Of a stretch of 46,645 bases of DNA, positions 1 to 9,875 are shown in pieces. The DNA is from a virus. Taxonomy: Duplodnaviria; Heunggongvirae; Uroviricota; Caudoviricetes. The stretch lies in IMG/VR virus record IMGVR_UViG_3300031134_000612; one strand, written 5' to 3'. Both the position numbers and the translations under genes were made by a program. Numbering within the stretch: the stretch's first letter is position 1; each line of letters opens with the position of its first letter. Under the pieces are notes generated by a model that saw only the letters and a list, made by a program, of their open reading frames with translations, had not been told where the DNA came from and ran no database searches.

Positions 1-987
1 TTAAGCCGCAATCATATGTTTTAATACATTTTCGTATTTGTCATGATCCACATGATCAAGCTTTTTAATCAAACCAGACAAAAGCTTTTCTTTAAACTTG
101 CTCACATAATTATCAGAGTAAGCATTCAAAATTTCAAAATAGTTTTCTACTGCAAAATCACGAAAGAACCCTGAACACAATGTTGTACAAATACGTTGTA
201 AAGCTGCCTTATAAGCCAACTGTGGATCTTTGTAGTGACCTTTCCTGAGAATGATATAACGCTCCAATGCAATCACATAGGCTTCTTCCTGAACGCACCT
301 TACTTTGTATTCATGTGGGAGGTTATGAAACATATCTTTTTCACACCATGCTTTTGAAAAGTCTTTTTTCATCATTTCATAAACGGGACGTTCATAGTGC
401 TTAATCGCCTCATGAATGTCATCATGTTCAAACACATAGCCTACCACATTTTTTGAACGATCAAAGAAGTCTTCATTCGTTCTGTTCAAGGTGGGTAAAC
501 GTTTGTTGATACGTTCTTTTGTTTCTTGCAAACGAAGTTCATAATACAGTTGATAAGTTTTGACTTTTTCAACATCAATAACCGTTTTCAATAAAGAATA
601 GTCAGCAATACTTTTATCGTAATGAATCGGATAATGAATATGTGATTTCTTGGTCAAGTAAAGCACTTCACTGTTCACAAAATGAAAATCATTCCCAAAA
701 TTATCACTAAAGATACCGGCTGAAATACTGGTTTGATTGTCCAATAACCATTGAGAAGATCCCTTAAATGCAATTTCTATTTCGTAGTGCTGAATCTGTT
801 TATCACTTAATCGCAAAGAATATTTGGTAGATGATGTTGGAATCATTTTTGTAATAAATGGCTGATTCTTTGAGATGAAAGCAGTAAAATCATCCAGAGA
901 CATTACAACATCAATGTCCGATTTGTTAAATCGGGCAAGGTTGTTGTTTAAATTTAAATGTAAGGCTTTTGATCCCAAAACAATCAT
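1..987 (-). CDS. Putative Pol-beta-superfamily nucleotidyltransferase-like phage protein (328 aa)
   Basis: N-terminal hG-S...D-I-D motif (VLGSKAL...SDIDVV); the C-terminal HDDIHE...EEAYVIALER block resembles a widespread phage family. Confidence 0.55.
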   Translation of the reverse strand: MIVLGSKALHLNLNNNLARFNKSDIDVVMSLDDFTAFISKNQPFITKMIPTSSTKYSLRLSDKQIQHYEIEIAFKGSSQWLLDNQTSISAGIFSDNFGNDFHFVNSEVLYLTKKSHIHYPIHYDKSIADYSLLKTVIDVEKVKTYQLYYELRLQETKERINKRLPTLNRTNEDFFDRSKNVVGYVFEHDDIHEAIKHYERPVYEMMKKDFSKAWCEKDMFHNLPHEYKVRCVQEEAYVIALERYIILRKGHYKDPQLAYKAALQRICTTLCSGFFRDFAVENYFEILNAYSDNYVSKFKEKLLSGLIKKLDHVDHDKYENVLKHMIAA

Positions 988-989
988 TA

Positions 990-1274
990 TTAGTCCTCTT
1001 TTTCGTTTTCTTCATCTTCTTCGTCTTCATATTCCTCGGATTCGGAAGATTCTTCTTCTTCATATTCTTCTGGAACACCAATCTCACTTGTTTGCATAAT
1101 CTTTACCAGTTCTTTTTCATCAATAAAGATAGGCACATTTTTTTCAACAGCTAATTTACGAATATCTTGAACTTTCGACTGAATATCAGCCTGCGTTCTA
1201 ATGTTACCTTCTCTCACGGACTGATAAAGGTCACGCACTTTCTTTGATACTAGTTCAATGTCTTCTATATTCAT
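990..1274 (-). CDS. Small hypothetical protein with acidic C-terminal tail (94 aa)
   Basis: ORF coupled to its neighbours (overlapping/adjacent start-stop); E/D-rich tail. Confidence 0.7.
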   Translation of the reverse strand: MNIEDIELVSKKVRDLYQSVREGNIRTQADIQSKVQDIRKLAVEKNVPIFIDEKELVKIMQTSEIGVPEEYEEEESSESEEYEDEEDEENEKED

Positions 1275-2344
1275 TAGTCTCTCCTGATTTTTGACTGAAG
1301 TTCTGGTGCAACAATACTGGTTAATGATCGTGACACATAAATAGTGCCTGTTACTTTTACGGTGTCCATAATCGCAACAATCAATGAGTTATCAATCATT
1401 AAATCGCCATTTACAGTGATATTTTGTAAAATAGGCAATTGTGCTGCAGACAATCTTAAGTCTCCGTTAAACACTGAATCTTTTGGAATACCTACACAAC
1501 ATTTAAACTCGATTTCACTTTCATAACGACCACAAGAGAAAACAGAACCTTCTGGCATAATAATAACAGGATGTTCTTCATCAATTAAATGACCAAAGAT
1601 TAAGCAATCTTCATAACTAACTGACTTGTTGATTGAGTGAAAATAGGTTAATACATTTTTAACATGTTCTTCTGGAATAAAGCCTTTGTTAGCAAAACCT
1701 TTCGCTTGAACAATGCGGTAATATCCTTTGTGTTTATCCACCACTTCAATGGTCAACATAGGTTTGTTTTCTGCCGTGCGATATGTCAACACTTTTGAAT
1801 AGTCTCGACCATAATAGCTGTCCACACAATGAGACATCATTTTACTTTCATAAGCAAACTGCTCTTTACTAACCAGTTCAGCCAAAAAGCAATCGTTATC
1901 AAAGGACTTGATCAGATTAAGACCTTCCATATTCACTGAAATAGCTTTTCTCTTAGGTTTTGCAAAACTTTTGTGCCATACGTCTGACTGTTCGTAAGCC
2001 ACATCAAAAGGCATACCAGCGATATTGACTGACTTGCTTTCAAGGTGTTTTAAGTAATCCACCACCTGAGACATCTTGTTTTTGAAGGCTGTTGATTTCT
2101 TGAAATGATAAATCTTTTCTTCATTCTCAACCGCTTTTTGAATAACCACTGGAACATCTTGGTTATTAAAATAAGAATAGACAGAATCACGCTCTAATTC
2201 AGCCACGTTTTTATAAGTGGTCATGAGGTAGTGAGATAATTTCTTATTAAACCAGTGTTTAAGTTGTTCTTCTTTGATGGGGCTGATGAGTTGTTCTAAA
2301 AAACTCTGCACTTCGTGGTAGTTGATGTATACTTTATGTGTCAT
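1274..2344 (-). CDS. PcfJ-like domain protein (356 aa)
   Basis: Motif E-SKMMSHCVDSY...TIEV...IVQAKGFAN is typical of PcfJ-like domains; SD-like AAGGGA upstream. Confidence 0.7.
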   Translation of the reverse strand: MTHKVYINYHEVQSFLEQLISPIKEEQLKHWFNKKLSHYLMTTYKNVAELERDSVYSYFNNQDVPVVIQKAVENEEKIYHFKKSTAFKNKMSQVVDYLKHLESKSVNIAGMPFDVAYEQSDVWHKSFAKPKRKAISVNMEGLNLIKSFDNDCFLAELVSKEQFAYESKMMSHCVDSYYGRDYSKVLTYRTAENKPMLTIEVVDKHKGYYRIVQAKGFANKGFIPEEHVKNVLTYFHSINKSVSYEDCLIFGHLIDEEHPVIIMPEGSVFSCGRYESEIEFKCCVGIPKDSVFNGDLRLSAAQLPILQNITVNGDLMIDNSLIVAIMDTVKVTGTIYVSRSLTSIVAPELQSKIRRD

Positions 2345-2422
2345 TTATTATCCCTTTTCTATTTAAATATTTTAACATTAAATGATAGATAAATCAAGTT
2401 TTTCATCATTTTAATATCGTTG

Positions 2423-2435
2423 TAAAACATTGATT
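2423..2435 (-). promoter_or_regulatory. IHF-consensus site in divergent promoter region
   Basis: Minus strand AATCAATGTTTTA matches WATCAANNNNTTR. Confidence 0.4.
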
Positions 2436-2624
2436 TTAATGGGTTTTTAATAAATATTATAGTATTTTAACACTTCTCAAAATAAGCCATTTTCTTTCGA
2501 TTTTTTTTATTGTTTTACGTTATATTATAACAAGTAACAACGATGCAATACAATGTAACAATAATCATTTACATTTCCTTCAAGGTTTAAAGAGAAAAAT
2601 ATTGATATTTTAGTCTAAAATATC

Positions 2625-2652
2625 TTGACATTTATATCTTATGATGTATACT
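2625..2652 (+). promoter_or_regulatory. Sigma70 promoter
   Basis: TTGACA-16 nt-TATACT, upstream of SD AGGAG at 2671. Confidence 0.65.
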
Positions 2653-2683
2653 TCCCGACTCACTCAAAACAGGAGAAGTGCCA

Positions 2684-3250
2684 ATGCAAAATTATGAAAG
2701 TGAATCCCTAGAGACGTTGAAAAAACGTGGTTATCCAAAGGAAGAAGCTATCAAGATTGTAGAGAAAGACCAATCGATCCGAAGAAGCAACCGTGCTATC
2801 TTTTTCATCGAAGGCTTTAAAAAGAACCTGACTGGGTTCCATGTTGGTCAACTGTTTGAAATGAAACATGGTTACAAATCGGTGGATGATGCCATTCAAT
2901 CAGTCACTAACACCAATGAAACCTACGTGGTTGAATTGAAAAATGGTCTTGAACAAGAAGTCAGTAACCAAGTGGATCTTTTCCGCTTTCTGTTCAATCT
3001 GAACGGTGCTGTGTTTAAAGATGCTCAATGGCAGGTTAATTCATTCCGTGGTATGTTGAATGGTGTTAAATCTGTTTCAGTGGCTTTCCAGAACAAAGAT
3101 AAGTCAATCGAGTTCTTGGGCATTACCGTAAAAGATGATTCAATCAAGCTGCAAGACAGACGTAAAAATATCAAAAAAGACGATGTTCGAGACACTTTCA
3201 CCACGGGTGCTGAGTTGCGAGAATATCTAACAAAAACAAAAGCCTCTTAA
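2684..3250 (+). CDS. Hypothetical protein (188 aa)
   Basis: ORF track 2678..3250; ATG at 2684 is better spaced from SD AGGAG. Confidence 0.75.
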   Translation: MQNYESESLETLKKRGYPKEEAIKIVEKDQSIRRSNRAIFFIEGFKKNLTGFHVGQLFEMKHGYKSVDDAIQSVTNTNETYVVELKNGLEQEVSNQVDLFRFLFNLNGAVFKDAQWQVNSFRGMLNGVKSVSVAFQNKDKSIEFLGITVKDDSIKLQDRRKNIKKDDVRDTFTTGAELREYLTKTKAS

Positions 3251-3263
3251 TGAGGCTTTTTTT
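3238..3263. terminator. Bidirectional intrinsic terminator
   Basis: AAAAGCCTC-ttaat-GAGGCTTTTTTT between convergent genes. Confidence 0.8.
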
Positions 3264-3903
3264 AAGGTTTAAATTTTTGTTTTACTTGAACACTATCTAG
3301 TTTTTCATCAACCTTAACGGCAGGTGGAATAAAGATATTGTTCAAGTAGAATTTTAACTCTTTGATGGATTGCTGAATGTCATCAAGACCTCTATGTTTA
3401 TTAGGTTTTTCAAGTTTAGCAGCAATATCTGGATATTGTCTCCATGCGACTTCTTTAAAACTGCTTACATCTATCTTACGGTAATGCAACATCTTCGCAA
3501 AAGTTGGCATTTGAGCATTAATAAAATTCTTATCAAATCCAACGTTATTCCCACAAATAGGACTCACTCCCGGTGCAATATTGAAATCTTTCACATAATC
3601 CAACATCATTTGTTCAGCCATTGCTAATGAAAATGGTGAAGCTTTTATCTTTTCAAGCAAACCATTCTTGGTGTGCATGTCTTTAACATAGTCATTCATC
3701 AATTCCAACAAATCAGACTCTTTGTGATGAATAACAATTTCAAAACCTTTATCAATGATATTATAGTTGGCGTCAGTAATGTGCATGCCCACTTCGATAA
3801 TTTTGTGTTTGTGAACACCTTGCATGCCATCAGCTTCATCAAGACCAGTAGTCTCTAAGTCAATCCAAATAAGTAAATCTTTTCTTAATTCTATCGGCTC
3901 CAT
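3262..3903 (-). CDS. orn: Oligoribonuclease (DEDDh 3'-5' exonuclease)
   Basis: LIWIDLETTGLD, IIEVGMHITD, MHTKNGL, SPICGNNVGFDKNF, HYRKIDVSSFKE, HRGLDDIQQSIKELKFY all match Orn motifs. Confidence 0.92.
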   Translation of the reverse strand: MEPIELRKDLLIWIDLETTGLDEADGMQGVHKHKIIEVGMHITDANYNIIDKGFEIVIHHKESDLLELMNDYVKDMHTKNGLLEKIKASPFSLAMAEQMMLDYVKDFNIAPGVSPICGNNVGFDKNFINAQMPTFAKMLHYRKIDVSSFKEVAWRQYPDIAAKLEKPNKHRGLDDIQQSIKELKFYLNNIFIPPAVKVDEKLDSVQVKQKFKP

Positions 3904-3966
3904 ATCAAAACCTCATGTGTATTATAATAATTTTAGCATAAAAATTTGATATTAAAACAATAATGA

Positions 3967-4497
3967 TTACTTTTTATCAAGGTTTTCTGTATGGTCATAG
4001 ATAATGAAATCAGCTCGTTCTATGGAATCTCGAAGTTCTGTACGGATGCCAGCCATATCAGCCTTTACAATATGGCGAGTCTCCATAAACGAAATCGGAT
4101 TAACATTAGTTGGATCATTACGAAGTTGAATAGCTTGTTCAATATTCAATTTCGACATATCGGTTAAATTCAATCCATAAGGTTCATTGATATCCTTTGA
4201 AGTCAGAAATGTCTTAACATTGTTCACATAATAACAAGGAAAGAATTCGCCTGTGATCAGATGTTCCTCATGAACTGCATACAATTCAGCTAATTGAAAG
4301 ATGACATAATCCATAACAATTTGGGGATCTTCTCCTAGCATTCCATAAGGAATAGACAACACATTATGGAGTTTAAATACACCATTATCAACTTTTTCAA
4401 AGGTTGCTCGTTCTTTCGCCTTATTAACTTTAAAGATGTTTAATATTTTTTTAACAGGAGCATCTTCTTTCAACTGTATTTTGACTAAACATTCCAT
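3967..4497 (-). CDS. Hypothetical protein (176 aa)
   Basis: ORF with SD AGGAG upstream. Confidence 0.75.
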   Translation of the reverse strand: MECLVKIQLKEDAPVKKILNIFKVNKAKERATFEKVDNGVFKLHNVLSIPYGMLGEDPQIVMDYVIFQLAELYAVHEEHLITGEFFPCYYVNNVKTFLTSKDINEPYGLNLTDMSKLNIEQAIQLRNDPTNVNPISFMETRHIVKADMAGIRTELRDSIERADFIIYDHTENLDKK

Positions 4498-4738
4498 AAT
4501 TTTCTCCTAACAAAGCATATATAATAACAAAACTACAACAAAAAACCAGCAATATTAAAAAATATCATCAAACTAAGTAATAAATTTGATAAAACAAATA
4601 AAACAAAAAAGATATACAAAAAAATCCGTAATAAATAATTAACAAAATGAAACAAATACAAATGTAAAAATTTTGTAAAAATTTTGATTTTACTTATGTT
4701 TCTGCTAACATATATATAAAAACAACAATTAATCAAAT

Positions 4739-6541
4739 ATGAAAAGTAAATTATTATTAACAAGTGCTCTTGCTCTTGCTATCTCAAATACAATTCATGC
4801 CGCCTATTTTGTAAATATTCCATTAGAAGGTGCTAAAATTGTATTCGAAGATCCCCAAGTTACAGGCGATATCACATTAACCCCAACCACAATTAACCGT
4901 GGAGAAAGCTCCAACATCGTTTGGAACTATACTTATGCAGACGAAATAAACATTGAAGATGTGGGCACTTATCATTCATTGACAGGAACTCAATCAGTAA
5001 GCCCAACTGAATCGACTGTTTACAACATCCTCATTAAAAGTGGTAATAAATCAAAAAATGAAACATTAAGTTTAACGGTCATACAACCTGATCAAAATAT
5101 AGCCTTCTCTGCTGACTCCTATCGAATAGGTTATGGTGCAAGCACAAATCTTAACTGGAATGTTAATAATGCTCAATCCGTCAGTATTGACAATGGTGTG
5201 GGTTCACAATCTTTGTCAGGACTTTACAAAGTTACGCCTAATACCGATACAACGTATACTTTAACCGCAAAAGGATTTACTGGTATCAGTGATAAAACTA
5301 AGTCAGTGAACATTGTTGTAGTGCCAGATGCAACCATCAATAATTTTACAGTTGATAATGGTGAAATATCAGTCGGAGATACATCAACATTTTCATGGAA
5401 TGTATCCAATGCTGAATCATTAACACTTAATGGAGAATCAGTAAATAAAACATCAGGTACGAAACCTGTTGTATTTTCAACAGCAGGTTCATTTACATAC
5501 AGTCTACAAACGACAAGTCTTAGTGGGACAGTGGCAAATAGTGAATCTAAAACGGTGAATGTTTACAATGCACCTTCCATTACTAGTTTTACAGCTAATC
5601 CAACAATTATTGATGCGGGTCAACCTGTTACATTAACCTTTAACACGACCAACGCAGTGTACAACGAAATTAATGGTGTGAATATGAATTCTAATGCCAA
5701 TTATGTAGTCAATCCAACCACAACGACTACTTACACATTGCTATCACGAAACCCTGTCAATAAACAAGTCACAAAAGATGTTGTAGTGACAGTACAAGGA
5801 TGGACACCCACAACCCCTGTTTACGGTGACTGGACAAATGTGGCTGGTAGAATAACGTATGGTTGTGGAGCATGGTCACCAAACCCAAGTACCGTAACAA
5901 CGAATACAACCTTTACACAAACTGCAACATGTTCAACCGATCAAACGAGAACACGTCAAGACAGAGTAGTTTCAAACGTTACTGGCGAAGTTAAAAACAG
6001 TGGAGCGGTTGTTAACGAAACGCAAACCATTGCACAAGGTGCTAGTCGTTCATATGGCGTAACCTTATCTGCATGGGTAGGATCAACTGTATCAGGTTGT
6101 GCTTCATGGTCACCAGACCCAAGTACAGTTAACTCTGGTCAAGTGTTTACACAAACTGGGGCAAGCTGTTCATTACCACAAACGAGAACAAGAACTGAAA
6201 ATTACATTGATCATGTAACAGGTGCTAATGTTCAAGTATCCACTGTGGGTCAAAACCAAACACTAACCGTGGGTGGTGCTGGATATGCAGGTGGTACCCG
6301 TTCAGCCACAGGAACGAAAGCCGTAGCACCAGTGCCTGTATGTCAATATTCTTACAATGATCCAAGAAGCATGGTTTGGGATGTGACCGGAGACGCTGTT
6401 TATGTATTCTGGAGTGGTGCCTTTATAGACTTTATGGATAATGGAGTGAATTCATCAATCAACTCTGGTGGTTATAAATACTACGCCGGAACTAAAATGG
6501 GTGATTGGCAAGCCTATCAAGTATGTAGAGTTGCATTGTAA
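4739..6541 (+). CDS. Exported Ig-like/PKD-like repeat protein with thrombospondin-like Cys/Trp repeats (600 aa)
   Basis: Sec-type signal peptide (MKSKLLLTSALALAISNTIHA); Thr/Ser/Val beta-rich repeats; two W-S-P-x-P-S-T-V...C...QTRTR repeats; Cys-bounded C-terminal domain. Confidence 0.7.
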   Translation: MKSKLLLTSALALAISNTIHAAYFVNIPLEGAKIVFEDPQVTGDITLTPTTINRGESSNIVWNYTYADEINIEDVGTYHSLTGTQSVSPTESTVYNILIKSGNKSKNETLSLTVIQPDQNIAFSADSYRIGYGASTNLNWNVNNAQSVSIDNGVGSQSLSGLYKVTPNTDTTYTLTAKGFTGISDKTKSVNIVVVPDATINNFTVDNGEISVGDTSTFSWNVSNAESLTLNGESVNKTSGTKPVVFSTAGSFTYSLQTTSLSGTVANSESKTVNVYNAPSITSFTANPTIIDAGQPVTLTFNTTNAVYNEINGVNMNSNANYVVNPTTTTTYTLLSRNPVNKQVTKDVVVTVQGWTPTTPVYGDWTNVAGRITYGCGAWSPNPSTVTTNTTFTQTATCSTDQTRTRQDRVVSNVTGEVKNSGAVVNETQTIAQGASRSYGVTLSAWVGSTVSGCASWSPDPSTVNSGQVFTQTGASCSLPQTRTRTENYIDHVTGANVQVSTVGQNQTLTVGGAGYAGGTRSATGTKAVAPVPVCQYSYNDPRSMVWDVTGDAVYVFWSGAFIDFMDNGVNSSINSGGYKYYAGTKMGDWQAYQVCRVAL

Positions 6542-6548
6542 AAAAAAT

Positions 6549-6575
6549 AAAAAGACCTTCAAAGAGGTCTTTTTT
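6549..6575 (+). terminator. Intrinsic terminator
   Basis: AAAAAGACCT-loop-AGGTCTTTTTT; near-identical to the hairpin at 9783. Confidence 0.8.
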
Positions 6576-6655
6576 GTTTTACACACTGTAAAATATTTTT
6601 ATACAAAATAAAAAAAATATTTTTCTTGAATATTTTAATATCCTATTTTTCTGAT

Positions 6656-9600
6656 ATGATACGATTAATAACAAGTGCCATTTTATTGGCGATAGCTAAC
6701 CAATCGCATGCTGAATATAGAGTCAACATTCCATTAGATCCACAAATAAATTTTGAAGCCCCAGAAGTTCAAGGGGATATCGAATTAACACCTATCCAAA
6801 TTAATCGTGGTGAACAGTCTACTATAAAATGGGACTACAAGTATGCAAGTGAAATAAATATTGAAGATGTCGGCACCTACTCTACATTGAAAGGCTCACA
6901 AACTATCAATCCACTGGAATCAAGAGGTTATAATGTATTAATAAAAAGTGGCGACAAATCAGCTACAAAACAATTATACATTACAGTTATTCAACCAAAT
7001 CAAAATATAGATTTCACTGCAGATGTATACAAAATAGGTGTAGGAACCAGTACCAATCTTAATTGGACTGTTACAGGTGCTTCATCATTAGCGATTGATA
7101 ATGGAATAGGCCAACAATCATTAACAGGTTCATACAAAGTAACCCCAACCAGTGATACAACGTATAAACTAACAGCCAAAGGATTTATAGGAATTGACGA
7201 CAAATCACAATCAGTTTCTATTGTGGTTGTTCCTAATGCGGTGGTTAATAGTTTCTCAGTGGACAAAGACAAAATAACAGTAGGTGATACATCAATATTT
7301 AATTGGGATGTTTCGAATGCTGAATCTTTAACACTGAATGGAGAACCTGTTAATAAAACAACTGGAATAAAACCTGTTCTATTTAATACAGCAGGAAGTT
7401 TTGATTACAAATTGCAATCAACAAGTTTAAGTGGACTAACTGCTTACAGTGATGTAAAAACAGTCAATGTGTATGCATTACCAACCATATCATCTTTTAC
7501 TGTTAATGGAAAATCAACTGTCGATGTTTCACCAAGTGCAAGTTTAAACTTTAATTGGGCGGCAACAAATGCTAATACATTTAAACTCAATACAACAGCA
7601 GTTACAGGCAATAGCACTCAACTGACAGCTAAAACAGATACTGGTTCAACTGTTTATACACTTGAAGCTATTAACGAAGCTAATAAATCAGTCAACAAAC
7701 AAGTAACTGTAAACGTCATAGGTGATCCCGTCATTAATTCGATAACATCACCATCTCCTGTATTTGCTAATGCAGCATTTACATTATCATGGACAGGTAG
7801 TGGAATTTCTAAATACACTGTAAAAGCTAACAACAATGCGGCAGGATTATCAACATCAGAAAATGATATAGCAACAGCAACTTCTCAAACTGTAACACCA
7901 ACTACTGATGGTTCCTTTATTTATACAGTAACTGCTTACAACACTGCAGATGCGAAAAAAGAACAAACCAAGACAATTGTAGTTGAAGCTGACCCAACCA
8001 TGAATCAATTACTTGTTAACGGTGCAACATCAGTATCAGTTGCTCCAAATACAAGTTTAAACTATACAACACCGGGATTGAGTGCTGGTGCTTCATTGGT
8101 AGGTAGAGACAGCAATAATACAGAAACAGGTTCATTACCTTCTACCGCATCATCAACAGCAGGAACTACAACTTATTATGGAGCACCTACCAAAACATTA
8201 AACAGTGTTCAAAGATTTGGTTCCGTAAAAAGTGTACAAGTTACAGTTGTGGCGGCTCCAACAATAGGAACGATTACAGCCCCAACAGCAGTATTTGCAA
8301 ACACTCCATTTACTGCCTCATGGTCTGGAACTGATATTGATTCTTATTCAATAAAAAGTAACAACACAAGTTCAGGTATATCTACAAACGATACGTCTCT
8401 TTCAACAGCGACATCAAGAAACATAACACCAACTGCTGCTGGTAGTTACACCTATACAATTACAGCAACAAATTCAGTAGGAACAACAACAAGTAAATCA
8501 TTCACAACTACTGTTGAAGCCGATCCTACGTTTACATCATTTACAGTGAATGGTTCGACCAGTGCAGTAGTGGCAGCGGGTGCTTCACTCACTTACGCCG
8601 GAAGTGGCATAAGTAATGGAGCAGCTTATCAAGGAAGAACAAGTGGTAACGATGGAAACGTAACGAATCCACCAACAGCCCCTACTACGGCTGGAACATA
8701 CACATATTACATGGCAGCAGCTAAAACACTAAATAGCATTAATCGTTACAGTGCATTAAGAAGTGTATCAGTTCGTGTTGTTGATCAACCAACTATACAG
8801 TATATTACAGCAACACCAGCGGTTGTCGATGCAGGTCAAGCTTCAACATTATCATTTAGCACAGCCAATTCGACTTACAATGAAATAAACGGTGTAAATA
8901 TGTGGTCAAATGGTACTTATGTTGTGAACCCAACTGTAACAACAACTTACACTTTAACTGCAAAAAATGATGCGGGCCAAACCACGACTAAATCTGTAAC
9001 AGTTACAGTACAAAATTGGGCAGCAACAACGCCTGTATATGGTGCATGGACAAACGTGGCTGGTAAAGTGACATACGCTTGTGGAACATGGTCGCCAAAC
9101 CCTAGCACTGTTACTACGAATACAACATTTACTCAGACAGCGAGCTGTTCAACGGATCAAACCAGAACACGTCAGGACAGAATTATATCAAGTGCTACTG
9201 GTGAAATTAAAAATAGTGGTGCTATTGTGAACGAAACTCAAACAATAGCTCAAGGTGCCAGCCGTTCGTATGGTGTGACATTATCAGCTTGGTCAGGATC
9301 AACAGTATCAAGTTGTGCGTCATGGTCACCAGACCCAAGCACTGTTAATGCGGGTCAAGTCTTTACACAGACAGGTGCAAGTTGTTCATTACCACAAACC
9401 AGAACAAGAACTGAAAACTACATTGATCACGTTTCAGGTGCAAATGTTCAAGTATCTGTTGTTGGTCAAAACCAAACGTTAACAGTAGGTGGGGCAGGTT
9501 ATGTGAATGGTACAAGAAACGTAACAGGAACCAAACCAGTAGAAGAATGTGCTTATTCAACTTCACCAAAAACAGCTTGGGTTATTGTAACAGGCATGCT

Positions 9601-9766
9601 TCCAACAGGTGGTGGTGGTGTTATTGGAACACAAATATTCTATAATGGTGCCAATATATACAGCGGTAGTAGCTTAGCAACGACTATGAATGTGGGTGCT
9701 TATAATTATACAAAATCTACTGCAGTCAACAGTTTAAATTTCTACGTGTGTAGAAAACCTCTATAA
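6656..9766 (+). CDS. Larger paralogue of the exported Ig-like/TSP-like protein (about 1036 aa)
   Basis: ATG at 6656 gives signal peptide MIRLITSAILLAIANQSHA; shares N- and C-terminal blocks with 4739..6541 and has extra internal repeats. Confidence 0.7.
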   Translation: MIRLITSAILLAIANQSHAEYRVNIPLDPQINFEAPEVQGDIELTPIQINRGEQSTIKWDYKYASEINIEDVGTYSTLKGSQTINPLESRGYNVLIKSGDKSATKQLYITVIQPNQNIDFTADVYKIGVGTSTNLNWTVTGASSLAIDNGIGQQSLTGSYKVTPTSDTTYKLTAKGFIGIDDKSQSVSIVVVPNAVVNSFSVDKDKITVGDTSIFNWDVSNAESLTLNGEPVNKTTGIKPVLFNTAGSFDYKLQSTSLSGLTAYSDVKTVNVYALPTISSFTVNGKSTVDVSPSASLNFNWAATNANTFKLNTTAVTGNSTQLTAKTDTGSTVYTLEAINEANKSVNKQVTVNVIGDPVINSITSPSPVFANAAFTLSWTGSGISKYTVKANNNAAGLSTSENDIATATSQTVTPTTDGSFIYTVTAYNTADAKKEQTKTIVVEADPTMNQLLVNGATSVSVAPNTSLNYTTPGLSAGASLVGRDSNNTETGSLPSTASSTAGTTTYYGAPTKTLNSVQRFGSVKSVQVTVVAAPTIGTITAPTAVFANTPFTASWSGTDIDSYSIKSNNTSSGISTNDTSLSTATSRNITPTAAGSYTYTITATNSVGTTTSKSFTTTVEADPTFTSFTVNGSTSAVVAAGASLTYAGSGISNGAAYQGRTSGNDGNVTNPPTAPTTAGTYTYYMAAAKTLNSINRYSALRSVSVRVVDQPTIQYITATPAVVDAGQASTLSFSTANSTYNEINGVNMWSNGTYVVNPTVTTTYTLTAKNDAGQTTTKSVTVTVQNWAATTPVYGAWTNVAGKVTYACGTWSPNPSTVTTNTTFTQTASCSTDQTRTRQDRIISSATGEIKNSGAIVNETQTIAQGASRSYGVTLSAWSGSTVSSCASWSPDPSTVNAGQVFTQTGASCSLPQTRTRTENYIDHVSGANVQVSVVGQNQTLTVGGAGYVNGTRNVTGTKPVEECAYSTSPKTAWVIVTGMLPTGGGGVIGTQIFYNGANIYSGSSLATTMNVGAYNYTKSTAVNSLNFYVCRKPL
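7724..8782 (+). repeat. Two tandem ~176-aa internal repeat units (7724-8254, 8255-8782)
   Basis: Aligned by eye: P-x-VFAN...SW...TAT...TP...YTVTA...VEADPT...VNG...KTLNS. Confidence 0.7.
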
Positions 9767-9782
9767 TGGTTACAGTAAAATT

Positions 9783-9810
9783 AAAAAGACCTTGCAAGAG
9801 GTCTTTTTTT
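9783..9810 (+). terminator. Intrinsic terminator
   Basis: AAAAAGACCT-loop-AGGTCTTTTTTT. Confidence 0.8.
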
Positions 9811-9875
9811 ATTTTTAATGGCAATAATAACGAAAGTATGATATACTCAATCAATATTTTTTTTGGAGAATATCT

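Noticed and set aside
2534-2561. GTAACAA direct repeat with 21-bp spacing as an operator or iteron
   Set aside because: Only two short copies in very AT-rich DNA; compatible with chance.
4533-4763. 76-aa hydrophobic minus-strand ORF
   Set aside because: A by-product of the A-rich intergenic tract (F/L/I/Y codons); no SD.
5801-9538. Diversity-generating retroelement TR/VR pair in the adhesin-like paralogues
   Set aside because: Differences are mainly synonymous third-position changes of all base types, not adenine-specific, and no reverse transcriptase is present in the window.
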